Assembly (NCBI GenBank): GCA_028711345.1
Contig: JAQTSK010000002.1
Location: forward strand, 228 to 64,227
DNA: 64,000 bases
Origin: Candidatus Peribacteraceae bacterium
Lineage (GTDB): Bacteria; Patescibacteriota; Gracilibacteria; Peribacterales; Peribacteraceae
Reading direction: 5' to 3'
Shown: piece after piece, positions 46,247-55,987 of the stretch
Position numbering within the stretch: the stretch's first letter is position 1
How the letters are laid out: each line of letters opens with the position of its first letter
Made by a program: the position numbers and the translations under genes
Notes under the pieces: generated by a model
Database searches by the model: none
What the model saw: only the letters and a program-made list of their open reading frames with translations
Told to the model about the DNA's origin: nothing

Positions 46247-46675
46247 TTACCGTACTTCACATATGCCCCCTCCTGGTGCCATCGACCTGTCCCCGGAGTC
46301 CTCCGCGAGGCTTGGGGAAGGAGGATTGATGTTAAGTAATGTTTGAAGTCTAAGTCTCTGTATGTATTCACAAGGAATCTCCTGAACATTAATTACCTTC
46401 ATTGAGGCACCAGCATTCTTCAATCTTGCATTGAGTCTGATGATTTCGTTAATGTCTGCACTCGACAATGCATCACACGGTTCAAGATCAACAGTGACGC
46501 ACACCCCGGAGAGTGTATCGCCTAGTTCCTTTCTGATGGGCTGCATTACATCTTCTGCAAAGCTAACATTAGACGGATCGTCAGAGAGAGTGATACGGAC
46601 GTTTCTCCCATCGACGATAACTTCAGGTAAACGATTGAGGTATTTAGGATTGCTCATACGGTCAAAGTATGCCAA
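46247..46675 (-). CDS. STAS-domain (anti-sigma-factor-antagonist-like) protein
   Basis: ..VTVDLEPCDALSSADINEIIRLNARLKNAGASMKVINVQ......RL.L.TLLNI fits the STAS pattern. Confidence 0.5.
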   Translation of the reverse strand: MAYFDRMSNPKYLNRLPEVIVDGRNVRITLSDDPSNVSFAEDVMQPIRKELGDTLSGVCVTVDLEPCDALSSADINEIIRLNARLKNAGASMKVINVQEIPCEYIQRLRLQTLLNINPPSPSLAEDSGDRSMAPGGGICEVR

Positions 46676-46683
46676 TAAAAATA

Positions 46684-49293
46684 TTATGTCAACATAATAA
46701 TATTATTATGTACAATAACGTTTATATTGGCATTTTCTTGCGGTGAATCCAACATCTTCATAGCAACTTCATCCACGATGGTCGTTTGAATCAGCCGTTT
46801 TAAGGGACGGGCGCCGTAGACGGGATCGAATCCGTTCTTCGCCAGCCACATCCTCGCTTCTTTGGACACCGAGAGACTGATTCCTTTCTTCTCCAGACGA
46901 TCGACAAGTTGTTTCAGCTGAATGTCCACGATCGCTTCGATCTGCTTTGATGAGAGGGGATCGAACACCAGCACGTCATCGATGCGATTCAAGAATTCCG
47001 GACGGAAGTGATGTTTCAGGACTGCCGTAATCGCTTCTTTCTCCATCATTGTCGCCACCTCGGTTTCGATTCCTTTCTTCGCTTTCTTCTCGCGCTCTTC
47101 GATCATCTGCCTGATCTCGTCGGAGGCGATGTTGGTTGTGAGGATCACGATGGTGTTCGTGAAGTTGACGGTGCGGCCGCGGTTGTCCGTGAGGCGGCCG
47201 TCATCGAGAAGCTGGAGCAGAATGTTGAAAACGTCCGGATGCGCCTTCTCCACTTCATCGAAGAGCAGGACGGCGTACGGACGGCGACGCACGGCTTCGG
47301 TGAGCTGTCCGCCTTCCTCGTAGCCGACATATCCCGGCGGCGAGCCGATGAGTCGCTGGACCGAGAACTTCTCCATGTACTCGGTCATGTCGATCCGGAT
47401 GAGCGATTTTTCATCACCGAACATCTCCGCCGCCAGCGCTTTGGCGAGCTCGGTTTTCCCCACACCGGTGGGTCCCATGAAGATGAAGCTGCCGATGGGA
47501 CGGTTGGCGTCCTGAATGCCCGATCTGGCTCTCCGGACGGCACTCGCGACGGCATGCACCGCCGCCTCCTGCCCGATGACGCGCTTCTTCAATTCCTGCT
47601 CCAGATTCTTGAGCCGATCGGTTTCGGTTTTCAGCATCTTCGTCACCGGCACGCCCGTCCAGCGGCTGACGACTTTGGCGATGTCTTCGGCGGTGACTTC
47701 TTCCTTGAGCAAGGCTTGGTCGCCCGATGCCTTGAGTTTCGCGCTCTGGGCTTTGAGCTGTTTTTCAAGCGTCGGTAATTCTCCATGTTTGATTGCGGCG
47801 GCACGTTCGAAGTTACCTTCGCGTTCAGCGCGCTCCTGCTCGGTTTTCAGCCGGTCAATCTTCGCTTTGATGTCCTTGAGTTTGGTGTGCGCCTCCTTCT
47901 CCGCTTTCCATCGGGTTTCGATGGCGCGAATTTGCTCAGAGAGATCGGCAAGCTGCTTCTCGGCTTTCTTGAGCCGTTCTTTGCTATCCGAATCTTTTTC
48001 TTTCTTGAGAGCCATCTGCTCCATCTGCAGATTCATTTTCTTCCGCTCCAGTTGATCGAGCTCGGTGGGTTTGCTCTCGACTTCCAGTTTCAAACCGCTC
48101 GTCGCTTCGTCGATTAAATCAATCGCCTTGTCGGGCAGGAAACGGTCGGAGATGTACCGTTGGCTCAGGTCCACCGCAGCGACGAGGGCTTCATCTCTGA
48201 TTCTGACTCCGTGATGAACCTCGTATTTCTCTTTGATTCCGCGGAGGATGGACAGCGTGTCTTCGGTCGTCGGCTCATTCACCGGTACGGGCTGGAACCG
48301 CCGCTCCAGCGCCGCGTCCTTTTCCACGTGTTGCCGATACTCTTTGATGGTCGTCGCGCCGATGGCATGGAGCTGACCCCGTGCCAAGGCAGGCTTGAGC
48401 AAATTGCCCGCATCCGTCGCGCCTTCGGCCGCACCCGCGCCGACAATCGTGTGCAGTTCATCGATGAACAGGATCACCTCGCCCGCCGCCGCTTCTATTT
48501 CTTTGAGCAGCGCTTTCAGCCGGTCTTCGAATTCCCCGCGGTACTTGGTTCCGGCGATCATCGCTCCCAGATCGAGTGAGAGGACGCGCTTGTTCCTGAG
48601 GCTTTCGGGTACATCGCCCTGCACGATTCGTTGTGCCAGACCTTCAACAATTGCGGTCTTTCCGGTTCCCGGTTCTCCGACCAACACCGGATTATTCTTC
48701 GTCCGTCTGCTCAGGATCTGCATCGTCCGGCGGATCTCGTCATCGCGGCCGATGACAGGGTCCAGCTTGCCCGTCTTGGCAAGTGCCGTGAAATCGATGG
48801 TGTATTTCTCCAGCGTCTTGTACTTGCCTTCCGGACTCGGATCATTGACGGCATGTGGTCCGCGCATGGATTTGATTGTATCAAGAAATTGGGAAGCGGG
48901 ATTCCTTCCCGCGGAGGATTCGAGCATTGCTTTGGCATCACTCTCGATCGTCGCCAGCGCGATGAACAGGTGCTCAAGGGACAGGAATGAATCTTTCATC
49001 GTCTTCATCTGCTTCTCAGCTTCGGTGAAGATTTTTTGAAGCGATGGATCAGCGGAGAGCTGGCCGCCGGACACCGTCGGCAATTTTTTGAGCTTCGATT
49101 CAATGTCATCGAGGATTGTCTGAACATTGATTTGTTTCGATTGCAGTGCCGCGACCGGCAAGCCGTCCGGTTCATTCAGCACTCCCCACAGCAAATGCAG
49201 CGGCGTGAGAATTCCATGACTCATCTCCTGCGCTTTGGACTGCGCGGTCATGAGGGATTTTTGGGCGAGTTCGGTGTAGTGAGAGGGATCCAT
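46684..49293 (-). CDS. clpB: ATP-dependent chaperone ClpB
   Basis: Clp N domain, two AAA+ modules ([16 protein letters not shown]) and a long middle coiled-coil. Confidence 0.95.
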   Translation of the reverse strand: MDPSHYTELAQKSLMTAQSKAQEMSHGILTPLHLLWGVLNEPDGLPVAALQSKQINVQTILDDIESKLKKLPTVSGGQLSADPSLQKIFTEAEKQMKTMKDSFLSLEHLFIALATIESDAKAMLESSAGRNPASQFLDTIKSMRGPHAVNDPSPEGKYKTLEKYTIDFTALAKTGKLDPVIGRDDEIRRTMQILSRRTKNNPVLVGEPGTGKTAIVEGLAQRIVQGDVPESLRNKRVLSLDLGAMIAGTKYRGEFEDRLKALLKEIEAAAGEVILFIDELHTIVGAGAAEGATDAGNLLKPALARGQLHAIGATTIKEYRQHVEKDAALERRFQPVPVNEPTTEDTLSILRGIKEKYEVHHGVRIRDEALVAAVDLSQRYISDRFLPDKAIDLIDEATSGLKLEVESKPTELDQLERKKMNLQMEQMALKKEKDSDSKERLKKAEKQLADLSEQIRAIETRWKAEKEAHTKLKDIKAKIDRLKTEQERAEREGNFERAAAIKHGELPTLEKQLKAQSAKLKASGDQALLKEEVTAEDIAKVVSRWTGVPVTKMLKTETDRLKNLEQELKKRVIGQEAAVHAVASAVRRARSGIQDANRPIGSFIFMGPTGVGKTELAKALAAEMFGDEKSLIRIDMTEYMEKFSVQRLIGSPPGYVGYEEGGQLTEAVRRRPYAVLLFDEVEKAHPDVFNILLQLLDDGRLTDNRGRTVNFTNTIVILTTNIASDEIRQMIEEREKKAKKGIETEVATMMEKEAITAVLKHHFRPEFLNRIDDVLVFDPLSSKQIEAIVDIQLKQLVDRLEKKGISLSVSKEARMWLAKNGFDPVYGARPLKRLIQTTIVDEVAMKMLDSPQENANINVIVHNNIIMLT

Positions 49294-49359
49294 GGGTGAG
49301 CGGGTAGCTGAGAGCAGTTAGCGGGTAGACGTCTAATCAATGAGGAAAAAACGAACTAA

Positions 49360-49386
49360 TTGGCAGTCGAGAGTATAGAGTGCTAA
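49360..49386 (-). promoter_or_regulatory. CIRCE-like inverted repeat (HrcA operator) upstream of clpB
   Basis: Minus strand TTAGCACTC-N9-GACTGCCAA versus the consensus TTAGCACTC-N9-GAGTGCTAA (2 mismatches). Lies 67-93 nt upstream of the clpB ATG. Confidence 0.55.
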
Positions 49387-49567
49387 TAGGGGAAGGTCAA
49401 GCAGTCTCGCGCACTTTCCTAGTTATGAAAACTTCGGATGAGCGTGGTGAACCTTTGAAAGGGCAAGGCATGAGAGAAGAAATCATGGAAATCCTTTCAT
49501 CATGAGAATCAAGGTTCAGACGGTTTTTTCGCGAATACGATGCGCGGTGTGGTATGATATTCATGTC

Positions 49568-49816
49568 ATGACTACTCTTCTCCCCATCATCGCCATCGAG
49601 TTCATCCCCGATCCGGTTCACGGAGGATTCACCGCGCATGTTCCGGATATTCCCGCGTACGGAGAAGGCAAGACGGAGGAGGAGGCGCTGGAAGATCTGA
49701 AAGTCGGCATCCAAGCGTTCATCGAGGAGAACGGCATCGACGCAACGCTTGCCCGTCTCAACTCACCGACGAAGCTTAAGACCATGAATTTCGGCGATTT
49801 GGTATCCCATGGGTAA
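49568..49816 (+). CDS. hicB: HicB-family antitoxin
   Basis: ..GGFTAHVPDIPAYGEGKTEEEALEDLKVGIQAFIEE... Overlaps hicA by 8 nt. Confidence 0.75.
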   Translation: MTTLLPIIAIEFIPDPVHGGFTAHVPDIPAYGEGKTEEEALEDLKVGIQAFIEENGIDATLARLNSPTKLKTMNFGDLVSHG

Positions 49817-50036
49817 GCTGCCGAATGTCACGGGGAAGGAAATGGTACGGTTTCTCGAGCGTCAGCAGTTCGTTCTCCGGCGTGTGGTCGGAAGTCATCA
49901 TGTGCTGCGGAAAGGCGATGTACAGACGGTCGTCCCCGTCCATGGGAATGAAGATCTCAGGATCGGTACACTCAGAGGAATTCTCCGTGACGTCCGTATG
50001 AAGCCGGAGGAGTTTGAGAAACTATGGAGAAATTGA
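49809..50036 (+). CDS. hicA: HicA-family mRNA interferase toxin
   Basis: ..GKEMVRFLERQQFVLRRVVGSHHVLRK......VVPVHGNEDLRIGTLRGILRDV.. Confidence 0.85.
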   Translation: MGKLPNVTGKEMVRFLERQQFVLRRVVGSHHVLRKGDVQTVVPVHGNEDLRIGTLRGILRDVRMKPEEFEKLWRN

Positions 50037-50265
50037 AAAGAAGCTCATTTGATTTGACTTCTGCTTCATTCCGCCTATTCTTTCCCCCGTCCAATGTCCT
50101 CCCGCGTCCTCGCTCTCCGGCGCACCTCACCCTTCCTGCTCGCTGCGGTCGCCACTGCGATGTACGCGTGGTTTGCTTTCTATTTCTTTTACTTCGCCCG
50201 TTAACTCTCTCGTGTGTGGAATAGCTAAAACGCTTCCCCCGAGAGAACGGGAGAGGCGGGCTTTC

Positions 50266-50373
50266 GGAATGTAAAATGTACAATGTAGAATGTAAAATTA
50301 TTGCTTTCCCAAGCCCAAATCGCATGCATCGCCATTCAGCATTGTACATTGTACATTCTACATTTTACATTTC
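50266..50373. repeat. empty low-complexity inverted-repeat element upstream of aroF
   Basis: 34-nt arms, 29/34 complementary (GGAATGTAAAATGTACAATGTAGAATGTAAAATT / CATTGTACATTGTACATTCTACATTTTACATTTC), 40-nt centre. Confidence 0.75.
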
Positions 50374-50397
50374 TCCGTTCCCTTTCCCCCACATCCC

Positions 50398-51417
50398 ATG
50401 CTCATCGTCCTCAAGAATAAGAATGACGCGCTGCTCCTCAAAGAGCTTCAGCATTTGCTCCAAGATAAGTTTGGCTGCCCGTCGCATCTGATCGGCGAGA
50501 ACAAGCGCGTACTCGCGGTCACCGGCGATACGTCGACGGTCGACATCAACCTGATCAAGGGCTTCGACGGGGTCAAATCTGTCGACCGCGTGGACCGGCC
50601 GTACAAGCTGGCGACGCGGGAGAAAAAGAACCGCACGCTCATCGAGGTCAGCAAGGACTGCGTCATCGGCGATCCGAAGAGTGTCGTCATCATTGCCGGC
50701 CCATGTTCCATCGACTCCGAAGGCGATCTGGATGAGGCGGCGGCGATGGCGAAGGAGCGCGGGGTGAAGATTCTCCGCGGCGGGGCGTACAAGCCGCGCA
50801 CGGGTCCGTACTCGTTCCAAGGAAAAGGCGTGGAGGGATTGAAGCTCATGAAGAAGGCGGGCGAGAAGTACGGCATGAAGACGATTTCGGAGATCATGAA
50901 GTCGGAGGATATTCCGGCGTTCGAGGAATACGTCGACATGTACCAGATCGGGGCGAGGAACATGCAAAATTATGAATTATTGAAATCGCTCGGGAAGACC
51001 AAGAAGCCGATTCTCCTGAAGCGAGGATTGGCTGCGACATTGGAAGAATGGCTCCTCGCTGCGGAATATCTGCTTGCCGGCGGCAATCCCAACGTCATGC
51101 TTTGTGAACGGGGCATCCGGACATTCGAGGAGGAAGTGCGCTTCACGCTCTGTCTCGGCTCGGTTCCCGCACTCCGCGAGATGACCCATTTGCCGATCAT
51201 CGTCGATCCAAGCCACGCGATGGGAAAGACGCGGTGGGTGAAGGATGCGGCCCTCGGTGGTGTCGCTGTCGGTGCGGACGGTCTCATCATCGAGATTCAC
51301 CCGCGTCCTCAAACGAGCGCTTGCGATGCCGCACAATTACTGGACAGCGAGCACTGGAACGAGTGTATGGATGGGGTGACAGCTGTTGCGAAGGCGATCG
51401 GGAAGAAAGTGGTTTGA
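50398..51417 (+). CDS. aroF: 3-deoxy-7-phosphoheptulonate (DAHP) synthase, type I-beta with N-terminal ferredoxin-like regulatory domain
   Basis: ..IIAGPCSIDSE......A...KE.GVKILRGGAYKPRT.PYSFQG.G.EGLKL... Thermotoga-type architecture. Confidence 0.9.
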   Translation: MLIVLKNKNDALLLKELQHLLQDKFGCPSHLIGENKRVLAVTGDTSTVDINLIKGFDGVKSVDRVDRPYKLATREKKNRTLIEVSKDCVIGDPKSVVIIAGPCSIDSEGDLDEAAAMAKERGVKILRGGAYKPRTGPYSFQGKGVEGLKLMKKAGEKYGMKTISEIMKSEDIPAFEEYVDMYQIGARNMQNYELLKSLGKTKKPILLKRGLAATLEEWLLAAEYLLAGGNPNVMLCERGIRTFEEEVRFTLCLGSVPALREMTHLPIIVDPSHAMGKTRWVKDAALGGVAVGADGLIIEIHPRPQTSACDAAQLLDSEHWNECMDGVTAVAKAIGKKVV

Positions 51418-51419
51418 TC

Positions 51420-51531
51420 GGTTTCAAGTAACATGTTTCAGGTTTCAAGTTTCTATGCCACTAACCCCTTCTATACTCTGAATCGATCATTCCTTCCTAA
51501 CCTGAAACCTGCAAACCTGAAACCTGTAACC
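51420..51531. repeat. empty low-complexity inverted-repeat element between aroF and aroB
   Basis: Arms built of GGTTTCA(A/G)G words (51420-51453) and CCTGAAACC words (51499-51531). Several pairing registers, 45-nt centre. Confidence 0.65.
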
Positions 51532-51545
51532 TTCCCCATAATTCC

Positions 51546-52604
51546 ATGTCTACCATCACCCTCACACCGCCGACCCATTCGCCCCTCCCGTATCCGATTG
51601 TCATCGGGAAAGGTGTGATGAATGATTTGCCATCAATTATCCGGCGCGGGATTCTTCCCGCGGCTGGTCCTGTCGATCGCATCGTCGTGCTCTATGACCG
51701 GAGGATTGAAGATCTGGCCAAGCGCGTGGCATCGATTGCGTCGACCAAGCATCTCATTCCGGTCGAGAGCGGAGAGCATTCCAAGTCGCTCAAAGAATTG
51801 GACAGGCTGGCGACAGAACTGCTGAAGATCGGTGCGTCCAGAGCTACGATCCTGATCACGGTCGGCGGCGGGATGATGACGGATCTCGGCGGGTTCCTCG
51901 CGAGTATCTTCATGCGCGGCATTCGCGTCATTCACATCCCGACCAGCATGCTCGCGATGGTCGATGCCGCCATCGGCGGGAAGACTGCCGTGGAAGTCGG
52001 TGTCGTGAAGAATGTCCTCGGTACCATCCACCATCCGTCAGCAATCATCTGTGACATTGATGCATTGGCGAAGCTTCCCGAAACGCAGCTTGCCGAAGGA
52101 ATCGTCGAGGTGGTGAAGGAAGCCGCGATGCTGGATGCGAAGACGTTTGATTGGTTGGAGAAAGCGATGCCGAAGATTCTCGGCCGTGAGGAAGAGGAGC
52201 TCACGAGATGCATTTATGAAGGAGCGAAAATGAAATCAGTCGTAGTCCAAGCTGATGACCGCGACGCGAGCCATCGGCATTTCCTGAACTTCGGCCACAC
52301 CATCGGCCATGCGGTGGAAGCGTACTCGAAGTTTGCGATCTCGCACGGGAAGGCGGTCAGCATCGGCATGGCGTACGAGATGAAGATTGCAGCGACGAAT
52401 GGGGCTGATCGAGTCATTGCATTACTTAAATTAATGAAGATGCCGCTCGAAATTCCAAGTGATTTCCAGCCGGCGGAACTCTGGAAGATCATGCAGAACG
52501 ACAAGAAGAAGAAAGCCGGCGTGGTGCGGATGTTCGTGCCGTCGACTATCGGCAAGGGTGGTCCGAGACCGCTCACCGAGAAACAATTCCTCGCCTCCAT
52601 CTGA
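51546..52604 (+). CDS. aroB: 3-dehydroquinate synthase
   Basis: ..GGGMMTDLGGF.A....RGI..IHIPTS.LAMVDA.IGGKT..; ..LNFGHTIGHA.E... Confidence 0.9.
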   Translation: MSTITLTPPTHSPLPYPIVIGKGVMNDLPSIIRRGILPAAGPVDRIVVLYDRRIEDLAKRVASIASTKHLIPVESGEHSKSLKELDRLATELLKIGASRATILITVGGGMMTDLGGFLASIFMRGIRVIHIPTSMLAMVDAAIGGKTAVEVGVVKNVLGTIHHPSAIICDIDALAKLPETQLAEGIVEVVKEAAMLDAKTFDWLEKAMPKILGREEEELTRCIYEGAKMKSVVVQADDRDASHRHFLNFGHTIGHAVEAYSKFAISHGKAVSIGMAYEMKIAATNGADRVIALLKLMKMPLEIPSDFQPAELWKIMQNDKKKKAGVVRMFVPSTIGKGGPRPLTEKQFLASI

Positions 52605-54391
52605 TGAGCGCGCCGCGTTCCATTCCGGCACTTCCGTATCCGGTCGAAGCTGACATAGTCCTGCCCGGATCCAAGTCCATCGCCAACCGAGCCCTGATCT
52701 GTGCGGTTCTCGCCGAAGGCACGACGATGATCAGTAATGCGACACCGTGTGATGATGTGGAGATGATGGTGGAGAATCTCGCAAAGATGGGATTTGATAT
52801 TCACTGGGAAGATAAGAAATCAGGATTAATCAAAGTTGCGGGAAGGTCAGCTAATAGCCAAAAGCCAAAAGCAAATAGCCCCGTTACACTCGACTGTCAC
52901 AATGCCGGCACCACACTTCGTTTCCTCACTTCCCTTGCCTGTCTGATTCCCGGCGAATGGGTTGTCACCGGCAATGAGCACATGCGGAAGCGACCGATCA
53001 AAGATCTTGTCAGCGCACTGCGTTCGCTTGGTGCAGAGATCGAAGACACGAACGGCTGTCCGCCGATCAGGATCAAGGGCGGAACACTGCGTGGCGGTCA
53101 TGTGAAGCTGAAGGCAACGATCTCCAGCCAGTTCCTCACCTCACTCCTGCTCGTTGCACCGATGTTGAAGGAAGGGCTGGAAATAGAGCTGGATGGGCAG
53201 TTGGCATCATCGGGATATGTCGATCTGACCAAGAAGGTGATGGAGGATTTTGGGGTGAAGGTTGAGCAGACTGAATCGAAGTTCATCGTTCATTCCGGAA
53301 ATTATCAGTCACATTCATCGGGTTATACCATCGAAGGTGACTGGTCAGCTGCCGGAGTCTGGCTGGTGCTCAATGCCCTGACCGGCAGCAGGATCAGCTG
53401 TACCAATCTTAATTATTCCTCCGCGCAATCGGATCGGAAGATTATCGATGCGATCGGCAAATTGGAGCCGAAAGCCATGGCTTTCGGCTCCGGAGATGTC
53501 ACCATCGATGCTCTGCAGATACCGGATCAGGTCATGAATCTCGCGGCGCTCGCGGCGTTCCGCAAGGGCAAAACAACCATCACCGGCGCCAAGAATCTGC
53601 GTTTCAAGGAATGCAATCGGCTCGCGGTAACGGTTGAGAGTTTCCGCAAGCTCGGTATTCAGATTGAGGAGCATCCTGATGGCTTGATCATTCTAGAAAG
53701 GGAACCAAAAACCAGTAACCAAAAACCAGTAAACTTGGAGCCTCACGCAGATCATCGGATGGTCATTTCTTTTGCAGCCCTTGGGTTGCTTCTCGGCAAC
53801 GTATCCATCTCCGATCCGGAATGCGTCGCCAAGAGCTACCCGTCATTCTTCGACGATCTCGATTTGATTGTGAAATCCCCGCGTCCGATCGTCATTGTCG
53901 GCATGCGCGGAGTCGGGAAGAGCAACCTCGGCAGACGATTGGCATCCAAGCTGAAGCTCAAGCACTTGGACAGCGATCATCTCATTGAAAAACGGCACGG
54001 CAATATCAAGGAATTCGTGAAGAGCAAGGGCTGGCCTGCCTTCCGATCGGCAGAGGAATCGATCATCGCCGATGCATTGAAACCTGGCATTGTTCTTTCG
54101 CTCGGCGGCGGTGCGACGGAATCGGTGAAGACGCGCGCATTATTGAAGGATCGTGCCATCGTTATTTGGTTACAGGCAGATGACCGGGAACTGGTGAAGA
54201 GGCTGAAGTCAGGAAAGCGTCCTCCGCTCACCGATTTGCCCCTGCAGCAGGAGGTGGCCAAGTTCCAACGGGAACGCGCGCCGCAGTACAAGGAAGTGGC
54301 GTCGATTATCGTCGGATCCAAGGTCAGATTCTCGGGGCAAGTCGGATTGGCCATGAAACTACTCAGGCAGCTCGTATCACCTCCGAAATAA
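52604..54391 (+). CDS. aroA: EPSP synthase fused to shikimate kinase
   Basis: N-terminal LPGSKSI.NRALI.A.LAEG.., ..NAGTTLRFL... C-terminal VIVGMRGVGKSNLGRRLA..L...HLDSD.. (AroK). The start overlaps the aroB stop (TGATG). Confidence 0.9.
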   Translation: MSAPRSIPALPYPVEADIVLPGSKSIANRALICAVLAEGTTMISNATPCDDVEMMVENLAKMGFDIHWEDKKSGLIKVAGRSANSQKPKANSPVTLDCHNAGTTLRFLTSLACLIPGEWVVTGNEHMRKRPIKDLVSALRSLGAEIEDTNGCPPIRIKGGTLRGGHVKLKATISSQFLTSLLLVAPMLKEGLEIELDGQLASSGYVDLTKKVMEDFGVKVEQTESKFIVHSGNYQSHSSGYTIEGDWSAAGVWLVLNALTGSRISCTNLNYSSAQSDRKIIDAIGKLEPKAMAFGSGDVTIDALQIPDQVMNLAALAAFRKGKTTITGAKNLRFKECNRLAVTVESFRKLGIQIEEHPDGLIILEREPKTSNQKPVNLEPHADHRMVISFAALGLLLGNVSISDPECVAKSYPSFFDDLDLIVKSPRPIVIVGMRGVGKSNLGRRLASKLKLKHLDSDHLIEKRHGNIKEFVKSKGWPAFRSAEESIIADALKPGIVLSLGGGATESVKTRALLKDRAIVIWLQADDRELVKRLKSGKRPPLTDLPLQQEVAKFQRERAPQYKEVASIIVGSKVRFSGQVGLAMKLLRQLVSPPK

Positions 54392-55986
54392 TGTTTGTCG
54401 TCACCCTTCCTCCATCGGCCCAGAAAAATCCCAGAGCATTCGCACTGAAGGCCAAGAAAGCCGGAGCGGATCTTCTGGAGATTCGCGGTGATTTGACTCC
54501 GAATGTGAAGGCATTGAAGTCTCCGCTGCCGTTGATTGTTTCCCCGCGGGGAAAGGGATTTGGTCTGATTGAGCGAATGAAACCGGAGTATGTGGATCTG
54601 GATATGGGGGAAGCCCCCACCCCCGACCCCTCCCCCGGGCACCTCGATCGCTTCGCTCTCTCGGTGCAACCGGGTGAGGGGAGGAAACCGAAGGTAAAGC
54701 TCATTGTGAGTTATCACAACTATGATCGAACGCCGTCCCTGTCTGATCTGCAAAAGATTGTACAAAAAATGTGTGCGAAATCCGGGACGCGGCGTCCCGG
54801 CTGCGGCGGTGTGGGGAAAATTTGGGCCATCAAAATCGCAACGAAGATTGTGGATTATAAAGATCTTCTGATTCATCGTGATTTGCATGATTGGATGAAG
54901 TCGTTTTGTAGAGCCGCAAAATTTTGCGGCTCTACAAAACAAATCGTTCTTGGCATGGGCGACAAGGCGTATTATTCCAGAATCACTTCGCCGATGCGGA
55001 ATGTGCTGACGTACACGTTTCTCCATGGATCGGAGGCGGCTGCGCCGGGGCAGTTGCCGATATCGTTCTACAAAATATTGAACCAAGGGAGCAGGTATCC
55101 TTGGCGGCCGAAGCCTTGTTTGCAGGGAATTGTTACAAAGAAGAGAGGGCGAAGGCTGCTACCTGCGGAGAAATCAGCAAAAAGTTATCAAAAGATATTC
55201 GGGATTATCGGCGGGGATCAGATTGTCCATAGCCTAAGCCCGACTATTCACAATTTGCTGTTTCAACAGTACGGCATCGATGCCCTCTACTCCTGCTTCC
55301 CGACCGATGACTTCAAAGGAACAATGAAGATTTTGGAAAAGCTCGGCATTGCAGGGTTGTCTGTCACGGCACCGTTCAAGCACGATGCCTTCGCTTTTAC
55401 GGATCAGGTCGATCCGATCGGCAAGGAGCTCGGTGCTGTGAATACGTTGATCAAGAAGAATGGCATGTGGAAGGCCTTCAACACCGATGTCATCGGCATC
55501 GAGCGTGGGTATCCGTTCCTGAAGTTAGCTCAATCGATCGCGATTCTCGGTGCCGGTGGGGTTGTCCCTGCGGTGATCGAGGGAATCAGGAGGATTAATT
55601 CTGAAGCATGTATCACAGTTTTCGCGCGTGATCCGGAAAAGGCGGAGAGGGATTTTATACATCGTTGTCATGGTTCGACTCCGCTCACCATGACAACTAT
55701 TAGGGTTTGTTTATTGGATGAGGCAATCAATGCAACTGCTGATGCTGTGATCTGCGCTGTCTCACAGGACATCGCTCTGCCTTTGCCGAAGCATGGAATA
55801 AAATCCGTGGCGATTGATCTTCGCTACGGCAAGGAAACAAAGTTCTTAAGGAGCGCAGCGGCCAAGGGCTTCCGCGTGTACGATGGACTCTCTATGCTCC
55901 TCCATCAGGCACTGGCGCAGTTTCAGCTATTCACCGGAATGACTCCCAACATGAAGAATTTTAATTATGATCAGTACTTTTCATGA
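54391..55986 (+). CDS. type I 3-dehydroquinate dehydratase fused to shikimate dehydrogenase
   Basis: AroD part ..LLEIRGD..YVDLD..LIVSYHNYDRTPS..KIATK..GMGDKAYYSRI... AroE part ..GIIG..I.HSLSP.IHN..GLSVT.PFK..AVNT..GAGG... TAATG overlap with aroA::aroK. Confidence 0.85.
   Translation: MFVVTLPPSAQKNPRAFALKAKKAGADLLEIRGDLTPNVKALKSPLPLIVSPRGKGFGLIERMKPEYVDLDMGEAPTPDPSPGHLDRFALSVQPGEGRKPKVKLIVSYHNYDRTPSLSDLQKIVQKMCAKSGTRRPGCGGVGKIWAIKIATKIVDYKDLLIHRDLHDWMKSFCRAAKFCGSTKQIVLGMGDKAYYSRITSPMRNVLTYTFLHGSEAAAPGQLPISFYKILNQGSRYPWRPKPCLQGIVTKKRGRRLLPAEKSAKSYQKIFGIIGGDQIVHSLSPTIHNLLFQQYGIDALYSCFPTDDFKGTMKILEKLGIAGLSVTAPFKHDAFAFTDQVDPIGKELGAVNTLIKKNGMWKAFNTDVIGIERGYPFLKLAQSIAILGAGGVVPAVIEGIRRINSEACITVFARDPEKAERDFIHRCHGSTPLTMTTIRVCLLDEAINATADAVICAVSQDIALPLPKHGIKSVAIDLRYGKETKFLRSAAAKGFRVYDGLSMLLHQALAQFQLFTGMTPNMKNFNYDQYFS
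54904..54939. repeat. perfect 36-nt palindrome inside the aroD coding region
   Basis: TTTTGTAGAGCCGCAAAA|TTTTGCGGCTCTACAAAA. Encodes FCRAAKFCGSTK on both strands. Confidence 0.9.
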
Positions 55987-55987
55987 A

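Noticed and set aside
50037-50397. T-box or amino-acid attenuator leader upstream of the aro operon.
   Set aside because: I could not find the conserved T-box sequence (..GGTGGTACCGCG..) or a leader peptide rich in Phe/Tyr/Trp. Only the inverted-repeat element and a short hairpin are present.
55091-55166. A further hairpin insertion in the AroD-AroE linker (GCAGGTA..TACCTGC and AGCCTT..AAGGCT).
   Set aside because: There are only two short stems of 7 and 6 bp separated by unpaired sequence. That is within what chance allows for a GC-rich linker, so it is not reported as an element.
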